In this document: positions 1-14,882 of the stretch, in pieces
How positions within the stretch are numbered: the first letter of the stretch is position 1
How the letters are laid out: each line of letters begins with the position of its first letter
Assembly: GCA_051362555.1 (NCBI GenBank)
Contig: CM120644.1
Span: 7,014,954-7,078,953, forward strand
Direction: 5' to 3'
Origin: Lingula anatina
Lineage: Eukaryota; Animalia; Brachiopoda
DNA length: 64,000 nucleotides
Notes under the pieces: model-generated
What the model was told of the DNA's origin: nothing
The model's input: only the letters and a program-made list of their open reading frames with translations
The model's database searches: none
Made by a program: the position numbers and the translations under genes

Positions 1-178
1 CAGTACCAACTCAGACTTGGTAAACCTCATTTTACGTCATCAATCGACTAGATAACGAACATGTACATGGGCCACGCATGGCCTCTGACCTTTCAGATAT
101 CAAAGTCACAACTTATCTCACCCTTTTATGTTCTAAAACTGCCTACATTGTGGATTTCACATGAACAACCTTAATCAA

Positions 179-515
179 AGGGATAATAACTCTTCATAAG
201 AGATCTATATTTCACAATAAAAACATTGTGAACAGCTCATAGAAATATAATATATTCTGTTTTACCACAAAAACGGCAGTTATAGCTATTATTCTGATAT
301 CTGAGCTCGTCTTTAGACCACGTGACCTCCATTGATGGATGTACTCTGTTATAATCTCTTAAAAGATTTTAATATAAAACCAAACTTTTTTGGAAAAAAA
401 ACAGGGACTAACTTTGAATGTAAAAATGGATTCAATAACCATTGGTAAATATGGGAAAATTGTTATTAACTCCAGGAAATTTGTTTTTTGGCCAAAACGA
501 AGAGTTATTAACCCT
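179..515. mobile_element. Non-autonomous DNA transposon, Kolobok-like (TTAA target, AGG...CCT ends)
   Basis: 16-bp TIRs AGGGATAATAACTCTT (179) / AAGAGTTATTAACCCT (ends 515), flanked by TCAA/TTAA; a second, inverted copy lies at 33795-34191. Confidence 0.7.
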
Positions 516-705
516 TTAAAAATTAAAAAAAAGATAGTCCTTAGAGCTGCTTCACTCACTAAACACCAAATGTTTCAAAAACAAAAAGAATTGTGTTTAT
601 CGATCCTGCTTACATAAAATGATCTCTCGTGAATTGAGTCTATATGCAGCCTGTGTTCTCATCAAAGTTCATGGCTGATCAAGCTGGACTGGAAGCATGC
701 AAATC

Positions 706-1077
706 CAGTGACGAATTCAGGATTATTTTAAGGGGGGTGTCCGCGGATGCTAAGCCGACCCTCCCCCCTCCATCTAGGCATGGGGTTCGGGCCCGCTTAA
801 GGCCCTGGAATTATAATTTCAAGAAGGAACCATCGGTGTATTTTTTTCCAGAAATTAAAGGGGGGGTCAGGACCCCCCTGACACTCTTTACGTTTTATTT
901 CCTTCCTTTCCTCTTTTATTTAAACTACAGAACAAAACAAAAAGCAAGATTTTTTATCATTGCATATCACATTAAAATGCCCTCGCTGACCGCCTCCCTT
1001 CCGCGAGTCAATCGAGTGAAATAAGGCATCATTTCTTTCCTCCTACGCTGCTTTAAGTAGAATCCCGGATCCGCCTG
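706..1077. mobile_element. CAG...CTG-ended MITE family copy (same family as 15589, 45877, 61156)
   Basis: Starts CAGTGACGAATTCAGGATTATTT, shares GGATGC-AAGCCGACC and TGGGGTTC motifs with the other copies, ends GGATCCGCCTG; no clear TSD. Confidence 0.55.
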
Positions 1078-1121
1078 TATTAGTAATTATGGCAAGTGAT
1101 TAATCGATAGAGCAATAGTAA

Positions 1122-1345
1122 AGTCCCCTTTACACTGGACGGCGTCCTTTCTGCGTCCAGCAGTACGGCCCCATTTGAGAGTTAAAAAATTATAATGCTT
1201 TACGTGCCGATAACTGGCCGATCATTGAGCATTCATTCTGATACAAAACCAATGCTCGTGCCTCCTTATTAAGACCACAGCGATGCCAAATTTCATGGTC
1301 GCAGGAAGGGCGGAGAAAGGACGCCGTCCAGTTTAAAGGGGGGTA
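1122..1345. mobile_element. Tourist/PIF-Harbinger-like MITE
   Basis: ~28-bp TIR CCCCTTTACACTGGACGGCGTCCTTTCT / AGAAAGGACGCCGTCCAGTTTAAAGGGG with TAA on both sides (1119-1121, 1346-1348). Confidence 0.75.
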
Positions 1346-4300
1346 TAACGGACCGTATAGATCGAATGAAATTATTTGTGAGTCAAGTAATACTTGAAGT
1401 TAGGACGCAGTCCACTCGAGTAACAGCTCTGAAATTCAAAGTAGATTGAATATAGATAAACCTCTGAAAGCAACGTTGGTAAAAGACGTTGTAAGACACC
1501 TAGGACGGTTTAAAGTGCCCTCCCTCCGTTAGATTCAAGTTAACTTTAGCGTTGCGTAAGTGGGTCGCAATCTCGAACGGAGCTTACCTGTGTAAATAAA
1601 AAGATATACCGGATTCTGTTTCACAACGAGCCCTCTCTCGCGCATGACAGAGATATGAAATACATACAAAAAAAATTAATTTTAGACAATTAAAACTCAG
1701 CACTAAATTTACCGAAAATAGATCACAATAAAACTATCAATAATATTTTTGGGCTCCATTTGGAACTGTTTAAAACTATGATTCAGATTTTTAAAGAAAT
1801 CGAAGAGGGGTCACCACCCCCTTAAATCCGCCACTGTTAAGAACTATAATTACTCAGACAATCGTAATGAATTTAAAAAATGTTCTCGAAATGGTGTTAA
1901 ATATCGTAGATTCTAAGCGGATTTAGGATAGGGCAGATTCTGGTGATTAAAGTAAATTTACATTTTTTTTTTAATAAGAAGGTCTCACATTGCTTCTATG
2001 ACTTTAAATCAATTCAACATGCATTCTGCCACAGCATGACACGTATTTTACTAATTGGATGTGGCCGCAGGTTCACCAGTGCATTTCCATATCCGAACCG
2101 CTGGAAATGAAAATAATAATGAAAACGGAATAAGCAGATATTTTAATTGAGCGAAAGAGCTGAATCAGTGCGTATGTACATATGTATGTACGTATTCAGA
2201 CAGAAAATGCGATTTATATCCGTTTTAATGATGTGCATTGCACGTATATTTGATAATGGGCAAACTGTACTACGGAAATAAAGTTACTTTTCACAGAAAA
2301 ATATGCAGTTATTTAATAGTAGGGCCTATGTTTGGAGTGCACGTGCAGATGACATAAAGGTTAAGAAAATCAAATCATTTCGTTCATGAAACCTGCATGT
2401 AAGATAAAAGTGGAGAAACAAACGAATATGTTGTCTCTCCCGTTGTCTCTCACTCCTCCCACCCACCTTACTGAGACCGCCCCTGCTTCACGCAAGATGA
2501 TGCCGCTAGAAGGCCCATAGATTGCACACACGTCTCAACCAGGCGCAACTAAAGCATTCTCTACGACGGTTGACTGCGAACAACCTTTCAAGTCAGGGCC
2601 GATTTAGATGGGCGACAGGATCTTCCTCCAGTGATATGACAAGGTGAATTGATTCTGCATCAGCCGTGTAAGACAGCCAGTCTGGATGAAAGCCTTTCAG
2701 CTCGAGTGGAGAAATGTCAGTCTAACGGCCTCCCAGTGGTACCAAGCCGCTACTCACTTTTAAGTCAAGGCTTCACAGGGGCTTTTCTGTATCCCGCTTT
2801 ACATTTGCATGCGTTGGTGTAATATACGGGGTATATTTCTGATATGTGCGTCGTTAGCGTTCAGAAACACCCTTGGTGAAAGGAAGCAGAATGTTTGGTT
2901 TCTTGTCTGTTTTTTTTTTTTTTTTTTCATATTGGTCTTGGTTGCGTGTTTCTTTGGTTGTTGTGTCTGTTAACACTTTCTCTCGGGGCATCTTTCAAAG
3001 AAAAATTGTTATGACAAAGTGAGACTAAAATTCACGTACAGCAGCATGTAAGGGTCTTTGATCATGCTGAACAAGGACAAAACATTTCCTGTTGCACGAA
3101 AATAAAATAAAAACATTTTTAGTTCTACTTTTTTTGTCTCAAGCAAAAGACATATTCCAAGAATCAGTCTTCCCCTTGGACATTTGTCTTAAAAATCACG
3201 TCCGTTTAACGTCACACTGATCATTCGCTTAGACGGCGAACAATCGCAATGGGCAAGTTACCCAACAGTACAATACCTCTAACACGACAGACAAATCTAT
3301 GACGGTGAGCCTTTTCACACCAAGGTTGAATCGCATAAATTCAATATCCCTATTACCGTTGCTAAATTGAATATCTATTTTATACTTAATGGACTTGTGA
3401 TTATTAGAAATAGGACGCCTGTGAGTGATAGCCTATTTCTTTCTGTGGCAAGCGTGCGCGATAACAACTTGTAATGATTGGGCGGTACAGTTATCCCGCG
3501 GCGCATGGACAAGTTCCATGCTCCGGGATGGTTAATAATTACAGTTACGACAATTTCACCCATGGCTATATACACGGTGAAACATCTGCCCTGAATAGTT
3601 TAGAGCGTTTTATATCTAAGATCAAACTGTTGCTGAGCGTCATTTCGTCATTTGTTTAAAAATAAATCTACTCGTCGCCTTTTGTCTGGTAGCGGAGATA
3701 TTACATATCTGATGCAGCATTGTTGGAAGGAATAGAGGGCAATAGATGCAAAAAAAGAGCATTTGTTGCATTCTTTTTTAAAAAATCAAGTTTTGTCTTT
3801 TATCTTTTAGGGTCACACAAAATCAAATAAAATCATCAGCGCAATTACCTGACAATATTTAAATGGTGCACAACTTGCACTTTCATATTTACTGGCTTGA
3901 ATTGGGATCTTGTGAAAAATGATGAATTTTGATATTACGTGAATTATCTCCAAAAATAAATAATGCGTAGCCGATCCTTACACTCAGAGAGAAAAAAGAT
4001 TTATCTTGAAATCAGTACCCTCTTAAAACAAGTACATTTAACGTAGGATTTGTTGCTGGAAAAAAATGGGACCCCCTGGAAAATGTAACGTTCTCAAAGC
4101 GTCTTCATCCTCAGACTGTCGTTGGAAATTTATATTGCAGTTTTAAAACACTTTTTGCCAGGACATGTCATGCGTGGTCAAGCCTCGGTCGTATTCTTCT
4201 TGGAGTAGGCTAATGTCTAAATCTTTAGAAAATCTATTCGGATAAAAGACCAACAGACCTTAATTTGGCAATTTACCCTTTTCCAAACCTTAATGTATAT

Positions 4301-6237
4301 TCTAAAAAAAAACAAATCAGTGAACAGAAAAAAAATCAGTGTTCAGCGGTATGACCAAGGAATGTTTCTGTCTCGCCACGCTGTTCAGTATAAGGGAGAT
4401 AATGAACAGAAAGCGAATTCTTTATATTTGTTGGGAAATGTTACCACAAAATCAACTGAGTTCACTGATAATTATTCGAAAATCATTTTATTAGCTTTTG
4501 TGTATATATGTGTGATGTCAGCCGCCCCCTCCCCGCCCACTTTTTGACCCTTTTTAATCCCGTCAGAGAAGACAGACCACCTGCGCTTCTCTGTTTTGAA
4601 TGCAAAGTTGTTGATCATTACGTGAAGCCATCAATACAAGAAATGATAGAAAATACTTCTTTGAAACGTTTTGTTGGACACGATCAAAACTGAGACCTGT
4701 GGGAGCCAGGGTGAACCAAGGTGAACCAGGTAGAAGACGCTAGGACCACTACTGGGGGGGAATACCTGGCCTAGGACTGGTACGTTCCGCACGATGGAGC
4801 CACTGTGCCCGGGGGGAAAACACTGTGCTGAATGAAATTTGCGCAGAATGTGTCAGCTTCGGGAATATTTGGCACTTGTCAAGATAGTGCCTGTACGGCA
4901 AAATGCTTTTAAGTTTAGAAAAAATATATTTTTACGGTATAAATTTGAGCCATTTTATTCACGGACTGAAAATTAAAATAGATAAAATCATGAGAGGATG
5001 CATGGCAACGGTTTAATGGTTAAACGTGAATTTGATGAGTGCACACTTTACTTCTCAAGTACATCCATGTTCTTGGCATAAAAAACATGTTAAAAATTAG
5101 GCACACAACAGCCAGACTGAAGTTATTTATAAGCTTATATAACACATTTTATCAACATCAACGACTGAATCATCACGCCACCGAGACTCAGGTGTGAATG
5201 CTCTCGATAATATTGAGGGTTAAAAAAATTTCTTGTCCCGGAGGGTCAAATTAAACGCCCCCTTTTTCCTCTGACTCCTGTACTTAACGTATTTGACCGA
5301 AGGGGGCGTATGTTCCGAAGATGACATCTACTTTGTTAACATTGCCCGCCATGCTCATTTTAAAAGAAATTCGAATGCCGAGGCAGAAGCAGTAAATGAG
5401 AGTGACTATTTTGCTTGGAGATTAGAATGGGGACGGAAGACGTTATGGTGACAATATTAGATAATGCGTTAATAGGATCTACTGCATTCTGTAAAAACGA
5501 TATTGGTTTGGGGGTTTTAAGGAGTAGCTCCCCAGCAGAGCAAAGGTATAATTTAGAAGAAGAAGGGACTACGTTTGGTGACAGTTACAGTAAGCTGCCC
5601 ATGAAATACCACAACTGAACTAATGACGTGGGTGACATTATTAACAAGTATTGGGATTTGCAGTTCTTGTCGTTGTTTTATCAATTTTATCTGTCTATCT
5701 GTCTATCTCTGTATTTGATTTGCTTTATTTTTCACGTATCTATAATTGTCTGCTTGGTTTGTATTCTTAATTTTCTTATAGTGAAGAAAGGCTTTTAACT
5801 ACATCGACATGGCAATGGACATTAAATAGAGAATGATGAGGGGGGAGATTGTGATCTCTAACGGCGCTTCATTCTCTTCATCCATAACGTCATTTATACA
5901 GGGTGCGATTGCAAGAAATATGGAATTTTTACTTCCACATATGGTTTTGGTGACCGTATAGTGACCGACATTGACCATAACAGGATTGCTGGTCTTACAT
6001 TGAAATTTGGCGCAAGATTTGTAACAGCTAGCACTGGGGTAAGTTATGTTTGTCTGTGTTGACGCACCAGTCGTGACATCTCTAGATATGTGGGTAAAGC
6101 ATAAAAACCATATTCAACAAAGGCCGCGTCTTGTTACATGTTAAATTGTGCGTGCCATTATCTTCCAGGGATGACCTTAAAGGTTTTATCTGTCTTTAAC
6201 GGAGGATGCTCGCTTTGATACTAGGTCTACCCCCCCT

Positions 6238-6287
<50 letters not shown>

Positions 6288-6403
6288 CTGTAACACACTC
6301 ACAATACCCTCACTCCCTCACTCTCATCCTTTCTCTACCCCCCGAACATACTGTCATGCCCATACTCACGCACACACACATTTACACACACACACATACA
6401 CAC
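6238..6403. repeat. (CT)n and (CA)n microsatellite tract
   Basis: Visible dinucleotide runs. Confidence 0.9.
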
Positions 6404-8402
6404 TTGTATTGATTTTCATCTATTTTTTCGGTTTTTCAGTTAAATAGCGAACAGGAAAAGTAATTATACGCCCAAGACATAAAGATTAATGAGGCACAAT
6501 AAAAAATAATGTGGCAGAAATAAGTCATAGCAAATGGGTACTGTTGAAGAAAAACCAATACTTATTCTGCTATTGACTTTTTTCAATCACATATAACATC
6601 GGAAAGGGTTAATCAGACACATCAGGTGTTGGTGGCTATACCTTCTCCAAGCATTTAGCGGACGCAAATATTCATTTGGGCTTTGTTCCGATCCTTTATA
6701 GTTTCACAGCAGTAGTGGAAGTAATTAAACTGTTAAAAAAGGTGACTTTACACTGAGATAGACGGAGGAAGATGGATGGTCAAATGCTTTATAACCGCTC
6801 AGTGAATCATGTATTCATTTAGCATCCTTTATATGACTCAATATTATTCCAACAGCAAGGAAATAGAGTTCTGCTGGAGGGGCAGGTTTTTAGCTGGCAG
6901 AGCGAAGATGACTCGGAAGTAGGAAGTTATGTTATGGTAATAGTACTAGCGGTACAGTATAAACGGTATATACGTACGTACTAGTAGTGCGATCCCCACA
7001 CTCAAACTCCTGTTATACCGGGCTTGCGACCGCTTGGAGAACACATCTTTGTCCACTCTCACTTCTTCTGTTGAGACTTTGGCAATGTTTGATTGTCATC
7101 ATCAAATGCATAGTCACTGTTCATGGACGTTTAATATTGCAGCCTTTTCCTTAATTACATATATATAAGAGTGGATCAGAATTCTCGCCCAATTGGTCGC
7201 AACTCCGGTTTAACAGGCACGTGCACAGGGCTTGTATACATGTAAGCTAGTAATATATACTGCACAACGACTGTAGGGGCATCCCTTCTGTTGCTGCAGG
7301 GTATGGAAGTTCCTACATGTAGTGGTGACACCGTGGGCACGCCCTCACCCCCCCCCCCCCTCTACAACATTGAATGTATCCAATACCACCTCCACCCCCA
7401 ACCCTCCCAAATTGAACATATCGGTATTACTGGGGTATATATTAGACAAGCAGAACGGATCTAACTATAAGCATTTTACCAAACAAGGCAACATTTGCTG
7501 CTCTTGCTTCCCTATTAACTATAGCAAAAATCCGGATTGACAGGGCGCAGGGGGGTTGTGGCGGAGGGGGGGAACTGAACACACTCAGACCAGCCCCTGG
7601 ATGTTACACAATCCTAAATAATGGAAATGAGAACGTGGAATTAGGTGTGGAAACATGATTATCAAGGTGTTGATGGATTGTTATTTGCTACTGAACTACT
7701 TTGTATTCAAATAGATAAAAAACAGAAGTTTTAATCATATAATCAGAGCTTGTTTGATCAAACACTTGCTTAGATTCTAGAAACTTCCATAGGCCATTTT
7801 TTTATTTTATCTTAATGACAGAATTAGTTTAAATGGATTTTACGCTCTACTTATCCAAATTTCAGTGCAGAAATTCTATTAATAGCCATCACTGTACGTC
7901 ATGTTTACCCTAACCTCGCGTACACACGCTTCCAATTCAACTGCGGAAATAGTACTCCCATATTAGGTAAAAAGGTCAAGGGAGGTCATGACCTTGCTCT
8001 CTCGACGTGCCAGTGCGTGCGTATCTGCGATCCCATTGGTTGAATTGCAGCCTACTTACGCAAATCACCAGGGAAGTAAATGAGCTGACTGACACTCCCA
8101 TCAAATCAACCAATCACGTACGAGTATCACGGTCATATAGATCCTGGAAGTCATAAAAATCATTCATGAATGAGAGTTGTGTACAAAGTGGAGAGCTCCA
8201 GGTGATTTGATTTGTATATGTACATGCGTTTCTAGAGTGGACTTGGGAGATTTCGAGATTTAGTACATTTGTTAGGATTTCATATAAAAGGAAAGGAAAA
8301 AATACAGAAAGGAAAAGACTTGCTCCAAGGGAATTACAAACGACGATAAGCAAAAATTGTCATCTGGACAGTGACAGTAACAGGAGTTGTTAGGATACAA
8401 AT

Positions 8403-9139
8403 ATGCCGCACGTTGAAGTAACCGTGGTGAGTACTATTACTGGATTATTCTAAATATTTAGAAAAAGATGTTCCTGTAGGTTCTTTTCATTGTGAAGGTT
8501 TCATATCTTATTATCTTTTCTTAAACATGGAGTAAGAAAGCAAATGTGGTGAGTCGTCATATACTTTCATTTTAATGAGATGATATGAAATCCCGGTTTA
8601 AGGCAAAAGTTTCATGTTTTAGCTGCGTAATAGTTTTTTTCTCACATTAATCACGGACTGAAATCAAAATGGGCACATTTTAATAAATTGCCTATAACAA
8701 TGTCCTAGATTTAGGTGAAGCACTGGCATTTATGTTGGCGCTCCTCCAAGAACAAATCGATATCCTGCTGGATTTTATCAAAAGCTGCCATATTACATTC
8801 GATTGCCCAGTCAAGAATCTGATGAACTTTGATATATTGCTGTAAAAAGTGGGTTTGCAGAATTTCCATCCCGCCGCCCCGTCTTGAGAAGCAAGGGCAT
8901 GCCCATTTAAATCAGAAAAAGTTGGATGAAAAATTGTGAAATTACTGTATATGATTTGTCCCCGTTAATGCTCACCTTTCCGAGAAAAATGAATTCATCA
9001 AAAAACCGCAAAGTCCGTTAACGGATCTTATGTTTTGGAAGCAGAACGTGATATGCTTCAAGTTAACTCTCCACCCTGAATGGAAGGGAAGGAATAACAA
9101 TGTTTGTCGCGCGTGCATTTATGTGTGTGTGTGTGTGAG

Positions 9140-9175
<36 letters not shown>

Positions 9176-12100
9176 GTCTGTGAACAAAATGCCATTTCCT
9201 TCGAGACTTGTCTACGACTTGGATTTCTGCTTTGCACTTCTCGATTCATGTCGGTGGTCGTTTCTTGTATTGACTTTACTTAAAAGAAACACTAAATGAC
9301 GACTTACCTTTATTACACCGAGATCAGCGTTTTGGACATTTATAAGCTACTGTTAGATAGAAAAAGTACATTGCATTAATAATATAATATTGTTTTACAG
9401 ATTGACGGTTCACTTAAGCTACCTGAAATTATTGAGCTTCGCGGTGTCCCAAACCAAGACTCGGACTCTGCTTATGCCAGTTCGTTAGAAACCATAGACA
9501 TTGCAGACATAGAAAGCGGGGATATTAAAAAGAAGATAGTCACAGAAACACCTACTGTGGCGAATGATATTAGTGAACAAGATAAGCAATCACATCCCGG
9601 AGACAGGGCTGACTCAGAAGATGTGATGTTCGAGGAATTAGTTGAAGAACCTCCAAATGGATTCTTCCGAGGAGTAGCGATTATACAGACATCCGTTACT
9701 GAGACTTACGCGACATATAATATAGGCATATGGTAAGAATTGTAAAATATGCGCGAATGTTTGTGAATATGCCCATATTGTACATGTACGGTATAAATGT
9801 GCATGGTCTTGATTATTACAGTTAGACAGACAAGGTAGTGATACTTTTATAAAAAAACAGTGATACATGTACAGTGTCAATGACAATGTCAGTATTCCTG
9901 TTGGTTTTAGATAATTTTGCTACAGATATTACTGAGAATGCATCACATTCTTGGCAATACTAGTATATGTTCTATTGCCTTACGTCAACGTTTTATTAAA
10001 TTAAACCATCCTTTTTTTCCAGGAGAGCAATTTACGTCATTCTCCTGGTTCTATACGCTGTCTACGTGGGGCTAGCAATGCGACATCGTTTCGGAGACGA
10101 GGGCTCGGTGCGTCTGGTCGTTGCTACTGTGGTGGCAGCGGTCCTAGGGTTAGCCACGGTAATATGGCATTACTGTGAAGCGTCACTGACTAGCTACATT
10201 GGTGGGCCTGTGATGAATTTCTTGAAGACTGCCTATTGGAGGTGGTTCACGATGTAAGTAGGACCTGGCATTTTTGCTAATACTTAAACTTAGTTTATGG
10301 CAAGTTTTTAGTATTGCCATACCTACGTGAAAAGTAGTACACGTATCCGCTTGGTTGATTCAGACATTTAGAAATGACAGAAGCACTACTCAGCAAGTTT
10401 ACACGGGCATATATCTAAATTGACTATTTTCAGTGGCAGTAAGACAATTTAAAAATAATCCGTAATGTACTTCTGAATAGTGTTTAATATTGTTAATTCA
10501 CAAACACATTTTACATTCCTCATCTATTCAGAAAGCGTCTCGGATTTACTCCATAGATCCTCCTCCCTAAAGTTTCACCCTTATGCATTTCAGTTGCCTG
10601 TATGTGGCCTTATTGACCGCCCTGGTGGTCTACCTGGTGGTAGAAGTGGCCATACCAAACCCGTACAACCTGGTCTCCGCCGCGGGGATACTGGTCTACG
10701 TGCTGCTGATGTTCGTGTTCTCTCACAATCCGGCAAGGGTAAGACTCAGAATAAAACAAGGATAGCTTAATTTAGCTTACAGATCTTTGTTTAAAACCAA
10801 CGCCATTTTCTTCAATCATAAAATGAAGTTTCTAGAATCGCTGTATGAGATTTTACAGTCTCAAGAGTTTAAGTAGTTAACTTAAGTTAAGGTCTCTAGA
10901 TATATTATGAGAAAACCCAGGTTTGTGATTTATAAAGCTTGTCGATTGGGATACTTCGGTCGATTGCGTAACTCAAATCTAATGGCGTTGGTCAGCCAAA
11001 GTGAAATATTACTTCAATCTTCATGACCACAGAAACAGCGTAAGCATTGCGTTAGATGCGAAGGCGTGCACGTTGCGTTGATCTGGGAAGGTGCAAGCAC
11101 ATCTGCAGTATAGAGCGCACCGTACCGGTAGCAAGTCATTTTGAGACGCATTATGCTGAGTATTAAATTCATGTCCGACAGTTGGGACATGCAGTGAGTA
11201 TACTGAGATTGTACTGCATTTTTTTTATGAAGATGGACATTTTATCAACTATAATTACATTACATTCTAGGTGAAATGGCGACCAGTTATATGGGGTCTT
11301 TCACTGCAGTTCATCATTGCCCTACTGATTCTCCGCACGTCCTGGGGGTTTGAGGCGTTCAAGTGGCTAGGAGAGAGAGTGACAGAATTTCTGGCTAATT
11401 CAGACGCTGGTGCCGCCTTTGTCTTTGGATCTGACACGTACATACATCATTTTTTCGCTTTCAAGGCAAGTATCGAAATTAGGATTTATGGCAAGGGTAA
11501 TATGTTTTATGCTTTTTTAACATGCCCTTCCATGTTCCCATGCACGTACAGGTCGCTCCAAAGAAGTTTGAGATTTTATTGATTCTACACAAAGTCTAAT
11601 ACACAATTGAGGTTTTAATCTTTTTGTCCACAAATCTAGCATTATACGCTGGCACTTTAAATGATATTTCCAAAAATTAAATCGAACATTTTAACATACA
11701 AGTACCAAGCAAATGCATGCATTTTCTTTTCATTCAATCAGTTCATGATAATTACTATGTTACTCTCCAGGTTCTGTCAGTAGTCGTGTTCTTCAGCACA
11801 GCCATATCGGTGTTATATTATCTCGGAGTGATGCAGGTGGTGATTAGGAAGGTTGCCTGGGTGATGCAGGTTTCCATGGGAACGACTGCGGGTGAATCTC
11901 TCAATGCGGCAGGCAATATTTTCATTGGACAGGTAGGACGGCTCAGATGTCCTTGATGCGCTGTGCTGGACAAACATTCTATCCAAAATATTTAGATAAA
12001 AAAGAAGTACATGTGTATTTGAACTCCAACCCCGTTGCTTTTAAGAATGACACTGCTTTTCCACACCCTCACGCATATTACTGCACACAAATAATGTCTG

Positions 12101-14882
12101 CTACCTGCGTATTAAAAGTAAGGCGTACGGAATCTGCCGCAGGTTCTCCTATGACGTCACTCGAGTAATAAAAAATTATAAATTAAAACATTTTTATTTC
12201 AGACCGAGGCACCACTCATGATCCGTCCCCTGTTGCCAAACATGACAAAATCAGAAATACATGCTGTGATGACTGGGGGGTTTGCCACAATAGCCGGAAG
12301 TGTGCTGGCGGCTTATATATTATTTGGTGTGAGTAAACTTGTACGAGTATGGGCCGTTTTTGCTTTTGCGACTTATATTGCAGTGTTGACTGTATCAGTG
12401 GATCACTGCTAGGTATATTGAGACTGAGACCGCTAAAAGGAGAGTGTGACCTATTTATATTCAAACAGTAAATGTGCAAATTTGTCAGCTTTGCTGTCTA
12501 GATTCCTTTTTGTTTTCATTCTTTTCACAATCTTATGAAAGTTAAATAAGACGCGCCGTTTGTCATATCCATTCAAAAACTACATTCCAAAAAACAAAAT
12601 CTTTCATATTTGGTCCTAATCCTTGCAAGTGGATTCTGTAATTCGTTTTTTTTTTATTTTAGGTCCCAGCCAACCATCTTTTGTCCGCCTCTGTGATGTC
12701 AGCCCCAGCAGCTCTGGCAATGGCAAAGTTATTCTATCCCGAAACTAAGAAATCCAAGACTACATCAAAAGACATCCAAGTTATGGAGACACCGTTAGTT
12801 TTTTTACATGATTTAATGAAGGGATTCACACATTTGCTCATACAGCAGGAGACAAAGTAGATTTGACGTCGAAATTGAATCTTAACTCAAAATTTTTTTT
12901 ACATGTACTTGCTTATTCTTCTCTCCCGGACTGCATAAATGCGTAATAGTCCCACAAAGTATCAGTAAACATAAGTTCTCCTTGCAATGTTTAGGTGATA
13001 TTTTTGGTCAAAAAAGGGAAAGTAAAAGCAGTAATGTTCTAAAATTGGTTCCTTTTTTGAATCTGAACCCTGATAAGGAAATCGACAACACGTTTATAGT
13101 GGTATTTGGTTAATCATGAACTTCGCCGTTTCGAATTAAAATCGTGTATGGTCCGGGTCCATAATTTAACACATTTTTGAAAAACTTCATATTAAGTAAC
13201 AGTTTATCTAGTTTAACTAATTAAAATCATTTAATGCAGTGCGTTTTTAATACGACATTTTGACTATGCATGTGCTTTGACTAACAGGAAAGAGAGAAAC
13301 ATCATCGAGGCAGCTTCATCCGGGGCTTCATCGTCCATTAAACTGGTCGCCAACATCGCCGCCAACCTGATCGCGTTCCTTGCTCTCCTGGAGTTCGTGA
13401 ACGCCACGCTGAAGTGGTGTGGGCATCGCGTTGGGCTTGAGCCTCCATTGTATCCTGAACTCACGTTCCAGGTGATATATTGTTCATTAACATATCAATA
13501 TTATTGCAGGCTTTTCGTGTACACGTCCAATATTTAGGCAACTTTAACTTAAACGTAAATTAATAAACCATTTTGACTCTTTGTTTGTCAAGCTAAAATA
13601 AAAGTCACCTTTTAATTAAAATTTCCATGGTAATATTAGAAATAAGATGTTAGAAATAATGCCAATATTACAAACGCCCTATTGGTATCTCTAAGGCTCT
13701 CAAGCCAACGATGTATGAATTCACAGACTTTGTTGTCCAGTTGTAAGCACAAGCTTACTGGTAGGCTATAACCTGAATATTATTCATTTATCAGAGAAAT
13801 GCAGCTTTATAATTCGATATTTTCAGCATTTAAACTTAATTACATCACAGCATTTTCAGGTTGTTACTTCTTGTCGTCGGAGCATATTTTGGTTTCTGAA
13901 ATATTAGCTTGTAATCAGTTTTTGTTCCATTTATCGTTTCAGTTGATATGCTCTTACGTTTTATGGCCATTTGCCTTTGTTATGGGAACGGATGCGGTAG
14001 ATTGCCGTAAGGTGGCAGAACTGATAGGGATCAAGACGTTCCTGAACGAATTCGTCGCTTATGATGCCCTGGGAAAGCTAATTAACAACAGGGACATCTT
14101 ACAAAGTTACACAATGCAGAACTTTACAGAGGGACCGCAGTATATATTTGATGACATTTTCTTACCAGCTACAAACCAGACATTAGTGGGCGGGGTTATA
14201 ACGGTGAGCTCTCTCTCTCTCTCTCCACTTACATAACTGCATCAATTAGATATTTGACAGATGCCTTGTGCTTATGAGACAACTTATGTGATCTTTAACT
14301 ACTTGGAATTAAATTGATCATTATAAAGAGGTATTCAGATAATTTAAGCACGTGCATTTTGAATTCCAGCCTCGTTCCGAGGTTATAGCAACATACGCCC
14401 TCTGTGGATTTGCAAACCTGGCCTCAATAGGCGTCCAACTGGGTGGCCTGGGAGCGATGGCGCCCTCTAGGAAACGTGACTTGGCCAAAGTGGTGGTGAG
14501 GGCGATGATTGCTGGAAATGTGGCTTGTTTCCTTACAGCGTGTATAGCAGGTTAGTAAGGGTGACTTGCATCCAATATGCGTCAACTTCAACAGAAAATT
14601 AGAATTTCAGTGAAAAAAAAGCGCAGCTTACTTCTAGTTCTTTTAATTCATGCGTCAATACCTCTTCTGTTTTTCAATCTGTTGTTTATTCCGTTAGAGA
14701 ATTGTTTGTTCCAAGTAATTGGCGATTGTGAATATAACGGCAGTTACAAAGAACTTCACAGCCTTCAGTTTTTCATATTTAAACGCCCAAATAATAATTG
14801 TATAACGGTCAAAATGGTCAAAAATTATTATTCCAATTTCGTTCATTTTATAGGGTTATTGTACACCGGTGAATCGGTGTAA
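8403..14882 (+). CDS. SLC28A3: Sodium-coupled concentrative nucleoside transporter (SLC28/CNT family, CNT3-like), 12 coding exons
   Basis: Exons 8403-8426, 9401-9732, 10023-10253, 10594-10738, 11271-11465, 11771-11932, 12203-12328, 12663-12793, 13288-13471, 13943-14203, 14370-14550, 14854-14882 splice in frame. CNT motifs: [73 protein letters not shown]. The family is certain; orthology to A3 and the first two exons are less so. Confidence 0.93.
9122..9174. repeat. (TG)n(GA)n compound microsatellite
   Basis: Visible in SLC28 intron 1. Confidence 0.9.

Noticed and set aside
644-1024. 126-aa ORF, and similar ORFs at 15526-15883 and 45867-46247
   Set aside because: They lie within MITE copies or low-complexity tracts and show no protein features.
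2450-2830. Possible snRNA, 7SK or telomerase RNA near an octamer motif
   Set aside because: No recognisable 7SK or U-snRNA sequence and no telomeric template.
5896-5945. TACAGGGTG Tc1/mariner-like end
   Set aside because: No matching opposite TIR found.
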